A stretch of DNA of 64,000 bases from an uncultured Candidatus Saccharibacteria bacterium (GCA_964554645.1 CAZKPK010000001.1:3697-67696), one strand, 5' to 3'. Shown: positions 17,484 through 29,438, counted from the first letter of the stretch. Notes: a model not told the origin generated them from the letters alone. Numbers and translations are program-made.

Positions 17484-17912
17484 ATGATACAAAAAGACAC
17501 CATAAAAAAAATAGCTGTTATTCAAGATTATTTGAATGCTCTAGCTCTTTACTTGAAAATTCCTACGGAGGAATTATTGGAAAACAATGAAAAGCGAGCT
17601 GCCATGGAACGTTATTTTATTCTCATGGCAGATGAGGCTTTTGACATCAATAGTGCTTTGGCTTATCAACTCGGTAACAGGATTCCCGAATCAAATAAGT
17701 CAACGTTTTATGAAATAGCGAATTTGGATATAATCAGCAGAGAATTTGCGGATGAGATTTCATTATCCGCGAAGACGAGAAATAATCTCGTTCACGACTA
17801 TGAGAAGGTTCAAGAAAGCGTTCTCATTGAAGAAATGAAGAAATATGCGGAGTTATATAAAAAATATGTAAAGATTCTGATTGAAAAATTTGTGGCAGAT
17901 ATAGGGAAGTAG
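17484..17912 (+). CDS. HEPN/DUF86 toxin (HepT-like)
   Basis: 142 aa; RNNLVHDY = Rx4HxY HEPN motif; directly follows MNT gene. Confidence 0.85.
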   Translation: MIQKDTIKKIAVIQDYLNALALYLKIPTEELLENNEKRAAMERYFILMADEAFDINSALAYQLGNRIPESNKSTFYEIANLDIISREFADEISLSAKTRNNLVHDYEKVQESVLIEEMKKYAELYKKYVKILIEKFVADIGK

Positions 17913-17955
17913 TCTGATTTTGGTATTTTGTGGTTTAAAGTGATACAATATAACT

Positions 17956-18783
17956 ATGCTTTTTTTGCTTTTGGTTATTTTTTTCATCCTCGGTCTCATC
18001 ATCGGCAGCTTTTTGAATGTGATAATTTATCGGCTGAATACAGCCAGATCGTTCGGAGGCAGGAGCGCTTGTATGTCTTGTCAGAACAGGCTTTGCTGGT
18101 ATGAACTTATCCCACTCTTTAGTTTTTTGGGTCTTGGGGGGAGATGCCGAAGCTGTAAAACTAAAATTTCTATCCAATATCCGTTGGTGGAACTTGCGAC
18201 TGGCTTGATTTTCGCCTTGTTATTTTTTAAACTGCAAGATGTTTTTTATACTAATTCTCTGGTTTTTTTCATCACTTATGATTACTTTGCTTTATTGTTT
18301 TCACTTCTTCTAGTCATTGCCACTTATGATCTCAAACATAAAATAATTCCGGATATTTTGTCTTTTGCTTTTGGCGCGCTTGCTTTTATTGGCCTATTTT
18401 TCTTCTCCGCCCAAGGCGGATCCGCCTTTGGCGGAAATAATATTTTTTACCCCCATTTTCCCACAGTTTTAGAATTTTTGTCGGGTGGATTAATAGCGTT
18501 ACCTTTTGCTTTTTTTTGGCTTGTATCTTCCGGTCGGTGGATGGGGTTAGGGGATGCCAAGCTTGCGCTCGGCATTGGGTGGTTTTTAGGCATATCTTCT
18601 GCGCTCTCGGCTTTAGTGGTTGCTTTCTGGTCTGGAGCCATCGTCGGAATAATTCTCGTTATTTTTTCCAGAAATAGAAAAATTGGCAGGCTGGGGATGA
18701 AAAGCGAAATTCCTTTTGCCCCTTTCCTAGTTTTTGGCGCGTTTCTAGCTTTTATTTTTGGATTGAATCTTTTTGGAATTTAA
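17956..18783 (+). CDS. pilD: prepilin peptidase (A24 family)
   Basis: 275 aa; CMSCQNRL..CRSCKTKI zinc motif, YPLVE, GLGDAKL active-site Asp. Confidence 0.93.
   Translation: MLFLLLVIFFILGLIIGSFLNVIIYRLNTARSFGGRSACMSCQNRLCWYELIPLFSFLGLGGRCRSCKTKISIQYPLVELATGLIFALLFFKLQDVFYTNSLVFFITYDYFALLFSLLLVIATYDLKHKIIPDILSFAFGALAFIGLFFFSAQGGSAFGGNNIFYPHFPTVLEFLSGGLIALPFAFFWLVSSGRWMGLGDAKLALGIGWFLGISSALSALVVAFWSGAIVGIILVIFSRNRKIGRLGMKSEIPFAPFLVFGAFLAFIFGLNLFGI
18407..18434 (+). repeat. family D-like double hairpin inside pilD ORF
   Basis: CCGCC-CAA-GGCGG-AT-CCGCC-TTT-GGCGG, translated SAQGGSAFGG. Confidence 0.75.
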
Positions 18784-18792
18784 AAGAATTTT

Positions 18793-19383
18793 ATGTTTAA
18801 GTTGAGTAAAAAAATAAAAAATAACAAAGGAATGACTTATATAGAACTTATTGTTGTTCTCTCTATTTTTGCCATTATGTCTTCCATTATTCTTTATAAT
18901 TATGGAGAATTTCAGGCAAAAGTGGATATCAAAAATTTAGCCAGCGATATCGCTTTGAAAATTGTTGAGGCGCAGAAGTCAGCGCTTTCTGGAAAATGGA
19001 CTTCTGGCGCGGTGGATGGTTGGAAACCATCTTATGGTATATATTTTAATACTTCCAGTGCTGATGAAAAAAAGAAGTTTACTTATTTTGCAGATTTTAA
19101 TAACGATAAAATATATAACGATACTCCGCTAGATACAATAAGTATTACAAAAGGCAATTATATAGAAAAAATAGAAAGTTGCGCAGGTTCTCCCACTATT
19201 TGCGCTTTGGTCACAAACTCCTTTTTGTCAATCATTTTTACAAGACCAAATTCTGGCGCAGTTTTTAGTTCCTTGAGTGGCATACTAACTGGTTTTGATT
19301 ATATTCAAATCACTATTTCCTCACCCCAAGGTAAAACAGCCTTAATAAAAATCTATCCTTCGGGGAGGATACAAGTAAATTAG
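18793..19383 (+). CDS. minor (pseudo)pilin, prepilin-type N-terminal domain
   Basis: 196 aa; NKG|MTYIELIVVLSIFAIM. Confidence 0.85.
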   Translation: MFKLSKKIKNNKGMTYIELIVVLSIFAIMSSIILYNYGEFQAKVDIKNLASDIALKIVEAQKSALSGKWTSGAVDGWKPSYGIYFNTSSADEKKKFTYFADFNNDKIYNDTPLDTISITKGNYIEKIESCAGSPTICALVTNSFLSIIFTRPNSGAVFSSLSGILTGFDYIQITISSPQGKTALIKIYPSGRIQVN

Positions 19384-19414
19384 GTTTTAGGTTCTAGCTA
19401 CTAGGTTCTAGTAA
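19380..19414 (+). repeat. 7-nt-phased YTAG array (5 heptads) starting at stop codon
   Basis: TTAGGTT TTAGGTT CTAGCTA CTAGGTT CTAGTAA; first TAG is the stop codon of 18793..19383. Confidence 0.9.
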
Positions 19415-19423
19415 TACAAAAAA

Positions 19424-20044
19424 ATGCAAGATAAAAATAACAAACAAAAGAGGTTCACCCACCAAAATTTTCTAAAGAAAATTTCAGGCGGGTTCACTAT
19501 AATCGAAACAATGATTGCTATCTCTCTTTTTTTGGTTGTTGTCATGTCAGGCATGAACGCTCTTTTGAATGCTAATTTGCTTCATCAAAAATCGGGAGAC
19601 ATGCGTTCTATTTTGGATAATTTAAGTTTTATTATGGAAGATATGTCTAGAAATTTAAGGACGGGGTATGATTATTATTGTATCCTAGCTGGAGAAACAA
19701 TTCCCAGTGGGACAGTTAATCCTCGAAGTTGTACTGACGGAGTAGGAATTTCCTTCAAATCTGCTACTAGTGGTCAGTGGGTATATTATGTAGGTAATAA
19801 TCCTAATAGCGTGTATGGTATTTTTAGAAAAATTGGAGCAGAAACCGTTCAATTGACTCCCAATGAAGTTGTTATTACGTCAACTTCTCTTGTTTCAGTT
19901 TTAGGCGCAGAACCGCCACCGGGCAACAGCCAACAACCCTTTGTTACTATTAGATTAGTCGGAAAAATAATCTTAAAAAATAATGTTGAAACGCCATTTT
20001 CTTTGCAAACCTCGGTGTCCCAAAGGTTAATAGATGTTATATGA
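19424..20044 (+). CDS. minor pilin, prepilin-type N-terminal domain
   Basis: 206 aa; SGG|FTIIETMIAISLFLVVV. Confidence 0.85.
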   Translation: MQDKNNKQKRFTHQNFLKKISGGFTIIETMIAISLFLVVVMSGMNALLNANLLHQKSGDMRSILDNLSFIMEDMSRNLRTGYDYYCILAGETIPSGTVNPRSCTDGVGISFKSATSGQWVYYVGNNPNSVYGIFRKIGAETVQLTPNEVVITSTSLVSVLGAEPPPGNSQQPFVTIRLVGKIILKNNVETPFSLQTSVSQRLIDVI

Positions 20045-20586
20045 GTAAATTTTTTAAACAAAAAAATACGGCTTTTACTTTAGTAGAAACGCTTGTGGCT
20101 ATTTCGATTTTTACCGTATCCTTGCTTGGAATAATGTCTGTTTTGGCTTCTGGTATTGCCAATACGAATTATGCCAAACAAAAAATGGTTGCCACCTATC
20201 TAGCGCAAGAGGGCATTGAATATATCAGGAATATGCGGGATACTAAGGTCTTGTATGGGTCGGGGGATAGTAATGCCAAATGGAATCAATTTAAATCTGA
20301 TCTTAGCCCATGCAATAATGATAGCGATCATGCATGTGGTTTTAATACAGTCTTTCCTTATGATGTTTCTACATGTCCTTCTCTTAATGATTGTAAATTA
20401 TATGTGAACAATGGGGGTTATAACACTAATTCAAGTGGTACGGACTCTGGTTTTGTTCGCAAAATTTGGATGGACACGGCCGGTCTAGGTTCAGACGAAG
20501 TAAAAATTTTTTCAAAAGTTGAATGGACTACAGGTTCTGGAGTTAAAAGTGTAACTTTTTCCGAAAATTTATTTAATTGGTGGTAG
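20041..20586 (+). CDS. minor pilin, prepilin-type N-terminal domain
   Basis: 181 aa; NTA|FTLVETLVAISIFTV; ATGA overlap with upstream gene. Confidence 0.85.
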   Translation: MSKFFKQKNTAFTLVETLVAISIFTVSLLGIMSVLASGIANTNYAKQKMVATYLAQEGIEYIRNMRDTKVLYGSGDSNAKWNQFKSDLSPCNNDSDHACGFNTVFPYDVSTCPSLNDCKLYVNNGGYNTNSSGTDSGFVRKIWMDTAGLGSDEVKIFSKVEWTTGSGVKSVTFSENLFNWW

Positions 20587-20593
20587 AATAATC

Positions 20594-23222
<2,629 letters not shown>

Positions 23223-23240
23223 TTTCAATACAGGGAACCG

Positions 23241-23285
23241 TCGCATAGCGGTCAAGTGCCGAAGGGAATACAGACTTGGAAAGCG
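23241..23285 (+). pseudogene. tRNA-Ser 5'-half-like fragment
   Basis: TCGCATAGCGGTCAAGTGC and CTTGGAAAGCG match the D-arm and anticodon loop of the adjacent tRNA-Ser; no T arm or acceptor 3' strand. Confidence 0.3.
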
Positions 23286-23325
23286 CTTTTTTGTTTGTTA
23301 ATAAATATTCGAGTGAAATATCAGA

Positions 23326-23410
23326 GGAGGGTTCGCATAGCGGTCTAGTGCGCACGCTTGGAAAGCGTGTGTGGAGCAATCCACCAGGAGTCCGAATCTC
23401 CTACCCTCCG
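23326..23410 (+). tRNA. tRNA-Ser (anticodon GGA)
   Basis: Manual fold. Acceptor GGAGGGT/ACCCTCC. D arm GCAT-AGCGGTCTA-GTGC. Anticodon stem CACGC/GCGTG with loop TTGGAAA. Long variable arm TGTGGAGCAATCCACC. T arm AGGAG-TCCGAAT-CTCCT. Discriminator G; CCA not encoded. Confidence 0.85.
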
Positions 23411-23421
23411 CACGAATAAAG

Positions 23422-23430
23422 TGTTATAAT
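23422..23430 (+). promoter_or_regulatory. extended -10 (TGtTATAAT) upstream of sufS-like gene
   Basis: TGTTATAAT 15 nt upstream of ATG 23446. Confidence 0.4.
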
Positions 23431-23445
23431 TATTCAACAAAATTT

Positions 23446-24654
23446 ATGTTAGATACGGATAAAATAAGAGCTGATTTCAGTATTTTAAAAAAGAAAAACG
23501 GCGCAACCCCGATCTATTTTGATAGCGCTTGTATGAGTTTAAAGCCCGATAAAGTTGTTGAAACGATGAACGATTATTACTTTAATTATCCGGCTTGCGC
23601 TGGTCGCAGTTCTCATAAAATGGGAGATAAGGTTACGAAGAAAATAAAAGAGACGAGGCAACTTATTGCAAAATTCATAAACGCCAATAGTGAAAATGAA
23701 ATAATTTTCACGCGCAACACAACTGAAGGCATAAACTTGCTTGCAAATTCTTTCGGTTTTAAAAAAGGGGAGGTGGTTTTAATTTCGAACAAAGAGCATA
23801 ATTCAAATTTAGTTCCTTGGTTGCTATTGAGAGACAAAATAGGCATTATCGTAAAAATAATTCCTACGAACGAAGATGGCACTTTTAATTTAAACAGCTT
23901 ACCCTCGTTAATTAAAGGCGCCAAACTTCTTTCAATAGTCCATACTTCCAATTTGGATGGGGTTACTAATCCCGCCAAAGAAATAATAAAAATTGCCCAC
24001 CAAAACAATGTCTTGGTTTTCTTGGATGCCGCGCAGAGCATTCCCCACCAAAAAATCAATGTTCAAGATTTAGAGGTTGATTTTTTGGCTTTTTCCGGAC
24101 ACAAAATGCTGGGTCCGACCGGCACCGGAGTTTTTTATGGCAAGTATCAATTATTAGAAAAGTTAGAACCGTTTATGGTTGGCGGAGATACGGTTTTGTC
24201 TTCCACTTATGAAAATTATAAATTTTTGCCTGCGCCGGAAAAATTTGAAGCTGGATTGCAAAATTACGCCGGAATTATCGGGCTGGGAGAAGCTGTCCGA
24301 TATTTGAGCCAGTTTGATTTTAATGACATAAGAGAACAGGAGCTTAAATTAAATTCTTATATCACGGCGGAATTGCAAAAAATTCCGCAAATAAAAATTA
24401 TCGGCCCCCAAGACGCCCAAGACAGATCCGGGATTATTGATTTTTATATTGATGATACAGATATGAATAAATTTGCGATTATGCTTGATGAAATGGCAAA
24501 TATCTCCATTCGTTCTGGACAACACTGCGTCCATTCTTGGTTTAATGGTAAAAAGATTTTTAATTCCGCCCGCGTTTCTTTATATTTTTACAACACGATG
24601 GAAGAGGCCGAAACATTTATCGCCAATTTAAAAAAGATTATAAAAATATTGTAA
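23446..24654 (+). CDS. sufS: cysteine desulfurase (class V aminotransferase, SufS/CsdA-like)
   Basis: 402 aa from ATG 23446 (the longer track ORF overlaps the tRNA); PLP-Lys FSGHKMLGPTGTG; active-site RSGQHCVH. Confidence 0.88.
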   Translation: MLDTDKIRADFSILKKKNGATPIYFDSACMSLKPDKVVETMNDYYFNYPACAGRSSHKMGDKVTKKIKETRQLIAKFINANSENEIIFTRNTTEGINLLANSFGFKKGEVVLISNKEHNSNLVPWLLLRDKIGIIVKIIPTNEDGTFNLNSLPSLIKGAKLLSIVHTSNLDGVTNPAKEIIKIAHQNNVLVFLDAAQSIPHQKINVQDLEVDFLAFSGHKMLGPTGTGVFYGKYQLLEKLEPFMVGGDTVLSSTYENYKFLPAPEKFEAGLQNYAGIIGLGEAVRYLSQFDFNDIREQELKLNSYITAELQKIPQIKIIGPQDAQDRSGIIDFYIDDTDMNKFAIMLDEMANISIRSGQHCVHSWFNGKKIFNSARVSLYFYNTMEEAETFIANLKKIIKIL

Positions 24655-24658
24655 ATTC

Positions 24659-25597
24659 ATGCCCTGCCTATTAGCTTTAATTATATTTTCAATCTTGGGC
24701 ATATTCAGCGCTTCTCATAGAGCTTTCGCGAAAGAGGCTTTTGATTGCGTGTTCAGAAGAATAACTTTTCGTCCTTGCAACGCTAGTTTTCAAGAAAAAA
24801 TAAAAGGAAAAATTTTATCAAAATTGATTGTTCGTTCAATTTTTCTCGCTAAAATGGTCAATAAACATTATGAAATATTATCTTGGATATTTTTTATCTT
24901 AATGGTAGGCAGTACCCTTTGGGTTTTACGGGGCGGGTATAATTTCTATGTTTATGGCAGTTGCAATGGACTTAACCAAAGCGGATTCTGCGCTTTTGAT
25001 CCAAGCGGGGAAAATAATAAGGTAACAACAATCGGAGACAGTTCTGCTTGCGGTCTTACGCAAAATTCAGAAGAAAATTTGACATTAGAGAATGTTAATC
25101 TCTCTATTTTCCCGACTCAAAATACTGGGTCAAAAGACACCGTGGTTTTTGTTGGTTGTTATGCTTGCGATTATTCCAGAAAGGCTTATCCGGATATTCA
25201 AAAATTAGTAAAAAATAAACAAGCCAACTATGTTTTTGCTCATTATCCAGCCAAAGGTGATACTACTTTTTTAGCCGAGATAGGATATTGTGTGTCTAAA
25301 GATTACAAAAATGAATATTGGGATTTAAATAATTATCTGTTCACCGCCGATAAGGATTTTATTTTGAACAAACTAAATGCTAATAAAATACTGGAGAGCT
25401 TCAATTTTGATGTAAAAAAAGTGAACGAATGCGCGAATAACATTGAAACAAAAAACATTGTGCAAGATCAAGTTATCGAACTCAAGAAGACCAATCTTTA
25501 TGGCACGCCTACTATTTTTATAAATGGCAAGGCATTTGTAGGACCCAAGCCGTATAGAGTCTACCGAAACGCTCTAAATAAATTTATTTTCTTCTAA
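24659..25597 (+). CDS. membrane-anchored DsbA-family thioredoxin-domain protein
   Basis: 312 aa; two N-terminal TM helices, CYAC active site (FVGCYACDYS), cis-Pro loop LYGTPTIFINGK. Confidence 0.8.
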   Translation: MPCLLALIIFSILGIFSASHRAFAKEAFDCVFRRITFRPCNASFQEKIKGKILSKLIVRSIFLAKMVNKHYEILSWIFFILMVGSTLWVLRGGYNFYVYGSCNGLNQSGFCAFDPSGENNKVTTIGDSSACGLTQNSEENLTLENVNLSIFPTQNTGSKDTVVFVGCYACDYSRKAYPDIQKLVKNKQANYVFAHYPAKGDTTFLAEIGYCVSKDYKNEYWDLNNYLFTADKDFILNKLNANKILESFNFDVKKVNECANNIETKNIVQDQVIELKKTNLYGTPTIFINGKAFVGPKPYRVYRNALNKFIFF

Positions 25598-25645
25598 AAA
25601 TAGAGTAGAACGAACAAATGATATTCTCGGCAATAGTTTTAAAAT

Positions 25646-28639
25646 ATGAAAAAATTTGAAGGAGAATACAGCAGTGAATATAAAAAACTCAATCCGGCTC
25701 AAAAAAAAGCGGTAGATACTATTGATGGACCGGTCATGGTGGTGGCCGGTCCGGGAACGGGCAAGACGCAGATTTTGGCCTACCGTATAGCTGAAATTCT
25801 AAAAAGGACGGATACCAAACCGGAGAACATTCTCGCGCTTACATTTACTAACGCGGGAGTTATATCAATACGCGAGAGACTTCTCGAAATGATGGGAGAC
25901 ACGGCTTACAGAATAAATATTTTCACATTCCATGCATTTTGTGAGCACATTATTAAAGAATTTCCTTTTTATTTTAAAGAATTAGAAAGTGCGCGAGTGA
26001 TTAGCGATTTGGAGCGAGTCCAGCTTGTAGAAAAAATAATTAAAGACAATAAATTTAAAGATCTTGTATCTTTTCATGATGAATTCTTTTTCTTAAACAA
26101 AATAGTAAGTGGGATTTTGTCTATCAAGAAAGAAGGATTTTCGCCAAAAGAATTTATTGACAAATTACCTGAATGGAAAAAGAATCTTCTTTCTGGTGAC
26201 GATTTGTATTACAAGAAAGATTTTGGTAAGTACAAAAAGGGGGAGCTCAAGCCGACTGAAGCAGAAAAAGTAAATCAAAAAATTCACAAGGCAGAGGAGC
26301 TGGGTGAAATATTTGCTTTGTATCAGGCAGAGCTCAAGAAGTTTGGCTTCTATGATTTCTCCGACATGGTGCTATATGTCTTGGAAGAGTTATCCAAAAA
26401 CAGAGACCTAAAAGCTGACATCCAAGAGAAATATCAATATATTTTAGTGGATGAGCACCAAGATACAAATGAAGGACAGAATGCTCTGCTCGAATTTCTC
26501 ACTGATGCTCCACATTTAGAAGGCAAGCCGAACATTTTTGTAGTGGGAGACGAAAAGCAATCCATTTACAGATTTCAGGGTGCGAGTGCAGAGACTTTTT
26601 CTAGATTTCAAAAAATGTATAAAGATATTTATATGGTGGTTCTGTCCGAGAATTATCGCTCTACACAAAATATTTTAGACGGAGCCCACAGCACAATTGT
26701 AAAAGGAAAGAAAATGCGGGATAGTAGTGAACTTCTTGCAAATACAAAAGAGAATGAAAAGATTACTGTGCGTGAATTTTCTAATTATAAATTCGAGCTT
26801 CTTTTTCTGGCGGAAGAAATAAAGAGGAAAATCGACGATGGAGTTTCCCCTTCAGAAATAGCAGTCTTGTATCGCGCAAACAAAAATGTCTCAGACATAA
26901 AGGCCGCCTTCGACTTTTACAAGGTAGATTACACCATATTTAGTAGAGACAAGATTTTAGATGATCCCAATATTCGAAATTTAATACATATATTGAAAGT
27001 AATCTACAATTTGAACGACGATCACAACCTTAGTAAAGCATTTTTCGCCAAATTTCTAGGCTTCGATGCTTATGACATCGTCCGAATATTGGATAAATTT
27101 AAGTCCTTACGCAAAATGGAGAAGAAGCATGTTTTTTCCATCATAGAGGACAAAGCAACATTAAAAGAAATCGGGGTTAAGAACATTGAAATGTTTATAA
27201 ATTTTGCGAAAGTATTAAAGGAGATTCAGTTAGAATCTAAGAATCAATTTTTTTCAGATTTCTTCAAAATATTTCTAGCGAAGATTGGATATATAAAATA
27301 TATGCTCTCGTCTTTGGACAGCCGGCTTCAAATTGTAAAACTCGATAAAATTTTAGATGAAATAAAAAAACAAAATAGTGCAAAGAGAGATTATGGACTT
27401 CATGACTTTGTGTATTTCGTAGATGCCTTTGCTAAATATAACTTGGATATTAATAGTGCCGACCCAGAGATCATCGAAGGTGTGTCGCTGATGACAGCGC
27501 ATGGCTCCAAGGGTCGCGAGTTCGAATATGTCTACATTATAAACGCTATTCGTAGAAGTTGGGAGGCAAGTCGAGGTGGTGGTGGAGCGATTGCATTACC
27601 TATTTATCAATACGATGGCGATATCGAAGACGAAAGACGCCTTTTCTATGTGGCGATGACGCGCGCAAAGAAGGTTTTGAATATTTCATATGCTCGCATC
27701 GACAACGATGGTAGAGAGCATGAAGCATCAGAGTTTGTAAAAGAAATTAATGCTAAATATAAAAAAGAGCAGAAGATGGATAAATTTGAGGAAAAAAATG
27801 TAGAAAAATTAAGTGCATTTTTGAATGTAAGTGACAAGTCTGCTTCACTCTTCGAACCGAAATATTTGAAGCTACTTTTCTTTGAAAGGGGATTGAATGT
27901 CTCTGCGCTCAACAACTATCTAGAATGTCCAAAGAAATATCTTTTCAAAAATCTTATACGAATTCCAGATGTTTATTCACCAACTTTAAAATTTGGAGAC
28001 CTTATACACAAATCACTCGAATTATTTTTTACTGAGTCTGCACGGGCGGAGAAGATTCTACCAAAAAAGTTTCTTTTGCAGATTTTCAAAAAAGAATTAC
28101 TGAAGACCTACTTCTCGGAGAAAGATGAAGAAAAATTTAGAGAGCGTGGAGAGAAGACATTGTCCGAGTATTATGACGACTATTGGAAGACCTGGACTTA
28201 TAAAGTGAAGACGGAGTTTAATCCAAAAAGAAATTTCGAACTCGACAATAAAGAAATTTTAAAAATTACTGGTTTTATTGACAAAATAGAGCAAGACGAA
28301 GATGACGGCATAATAAACATCGTAGACTATAAGACCGGGAGGACTTTTTCAGAGAAAGATAAAGAAGAAAAAGCAGAATATGAAAGGCAAATTGTCTTCT
28401 ATCATCTTTTACTCGAGGAATATGATGAAGGAAATCTCACAGTGAACAAAAGCATGCTCGATTTCGTCGAAAAAAATAAAAAAGGAAAATTTGAACAATA
28501 CTCCTTTACAGTTACCAAAGAGCACCTAAAAAGATTAAAGGAGGAAATAAATCTTTGCGCTACGGAAGTTATTTCTCTAGAATTTCTTAAAAAAGGCTGT
28601 AATAAAAAAGACTGCGAATGGTGCCATATATTGAATTAA
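25646..28639 (+). CDS. UvrD/PcrA-family helicase fused to C-terminal PD-(D/E)XK (Cas4/AddB-like, Cys4) nuclease
   Basis: 997 aa; GPGTGKT, VDEHQDTN, MTAHGSKGREFEYVY, RLFYVAMTRAKK. C-terminus has CPKKY, IDKIE..IVDYKTG, QIVFYHLL, CNKKDCEWC. Confidence 0.9.
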   Translation: MKKFEGEYSSEYKKLNPAQKKAVDTIDGPVMVVAGPGTGKTQILAYRIAEILKRTDTKPENILALTFTNAGVISIRERLLEMMGDTAYRINIFTFHAFCEHIIKEFPFYFKELESARVISDLERVQLVEKIIKDNKFKDLVSFHDEFFFLNKIVSGILSIKKEGFSPKEFIDKLPEWKKNLLSGDDLYYKKDFGKYKKGELKPTEAEKVNQKIHKAEELGEIFALYQAELKKFGFYDFSDMVLYVLEELSKNRDLKADIQEKYQYILVDEHQDTNEGQNALLEFLTDAPHLEGKPNIFVVGDEKQSIYRFQGASAETFSRFQKMYKDIYMVVLSENYRSTQNILDGAHSTIVKGKKMRDSSELLANTKENEKITVREFSNYKFELLFLAEEIKRKIDDGVSPSEIAVLYRANKNVSDIKAAFDFYKVDYTIFSRDKILDDPNIRNLIHILKVIYNLNDDHNLSKAFFAKFLGFDAYDIVRILDKFKSLRKMEKKHVFSIIEDKATLKEIGVKNIEMFINFAKVLKEIQLESKNQFFSDFFKIFLAKIGYIKYMLSSLDSRLQIVKLDKILDEIKKQNSAKRDYGLHDFVYFVDAFAKYNLDINSADPEIIEGVSLMTAHGSKGREFEYVYIINAIRRSWEASRGGGGAIALPIYQYDGDIEDERRLFYVAMTRAKKVLNISYARIDNDGREHEASEFVKEINAKYKKEQKMDKFEEKNVEKLSAFLNVSDKSASLFEPKYLKLLFFERGLNVSALNNYLECPKKYLFKNLIRIPDVYSPTLKFGDLIHKSLELFFTESARAEKILPKKFLLQIFKKELLKTYFSEKDEEKFRERGEKTLSEYYDDYWKTWTYKVKTEFNPKRNFELDNKEILKITGFIDKIEQDEDDGIINIVDYKTGRTFSEKDKEEKAEYERQIVFYHLLLEEYDEGNLTVNKSMLDFVEKNKKGKFEQYSFTVTKEHLKRLKEEINLCATEVISLEFLKKGCNKKDCEWCHILN

Positions 28640-28678
28640 AATCTTGTAATTTTGTCTGTTTTTCGTTAAGATAGCTAT

Positions 28679-29437
28679 ATGAATGAGGGAAATAAAAAAG
28701 GAACCATACATCCGTTGTCTCTTTTGGCCAATCAAGCTTATGAAGCTTTTACCGAGATGGGTTTTGAAATTGTGACCGGACCGGAGCTTGAAAGCGACTG
28801 GTATAACTTTTACGTTTTAAATTTTCCTAAAGATCATCCGGCGCTTGATATGCAGGACACATTCTGGCTAAAACCTCCACGAGGTGAAGGTTCGCCCGAT
28901 CATTTTTCAAATGATTTAGGGACAAAAGAAAATAAACATGTTCTGCGCACCCATACCACGACCGTCACAGCTCGCGCGATTGAGGAAGCAGGGAAAGCTA
29001 GCCGAATACCTTGCGCCTTCATTTCCATCGGAAAGGTTTTTAGAAATGAAGCGACGGATATGACTCACGAGATGCAATTTTTTCAGATAGATGGGGCAAT
29101 GGTCGGAAAAAATATTTCCATCGCTGATTTAAAAGGAGTGCTTACTCATTTTTATAAAAAAATGCTGGGAAAAGAAGTAGAGATAGAATTCCGACCGAGT
29201 TTTTTTCCTTTTACCGAACCTTCCATTGAAGTATTTGCTAAATTCAATGGCAAATGGCTGGAAATGATGGGGGCGGGAATGCTCCACCCAAATGTTTTGC
29301 GCAATCTCGGCCTTGATCCTGCCAAAATGCAAGGCTTTGCTTTCGGTGGCGGGCTGGATCGCATTGCAATGATTAAATGGAATATTTCCGATGTGCGACT
29401 TTTTTATCAGGGAGATTTGCGTTTGAATCAGTTTTAA
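28679..29437 (+). CDS. pheS: phenylalanine--tRNA ligase alpha subunit (short form)
   Basis: 252 aa; FRNEATDMTHEMQFFQIDG, FPFTEPSIEV, GAGMLHPNVL. Confidence 0.95.
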   Translation: MNEGNKKGTIHPLSLLANQAYEAFTEMGFEIVTGPELESDWYNFYVLNFPKDHPALDMQDTFWLKPPRGEGSPDHFSNDLGTKENKHVLRTHTTTVTARAIEEAGKASRIPCAFISIGKVFRNEATDMTHEMQFFQIDGAMVGKNISIADLKGVLTHFYKKMLGKEVEIEFRPSFFPFTEPSIEVFAKFNGKWLEMMGAGMLHPNVLRNLGLDPAKMQGFAFGGGLDRIAMIKWNISDVRLFYQGDLRLNQF

Positions 29438-29438
29438 T

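Noticed and set aside
23225-23300. Possible second tRNA upstream of tRNA-Ser
   Set aside because: Only D-arm- and anticodon-loop-like segments are present. I could not fold an anticodon stem, T arm or acceptor stem, so it is reported as a fragment only.
23371-23445. Upstream part of ORF 23371..24654
   Set aside because: It overlaps the tRNA-Ser gene (23326-23410). The cysteine desulfurase homology and an extended -10 support ATG 23446.
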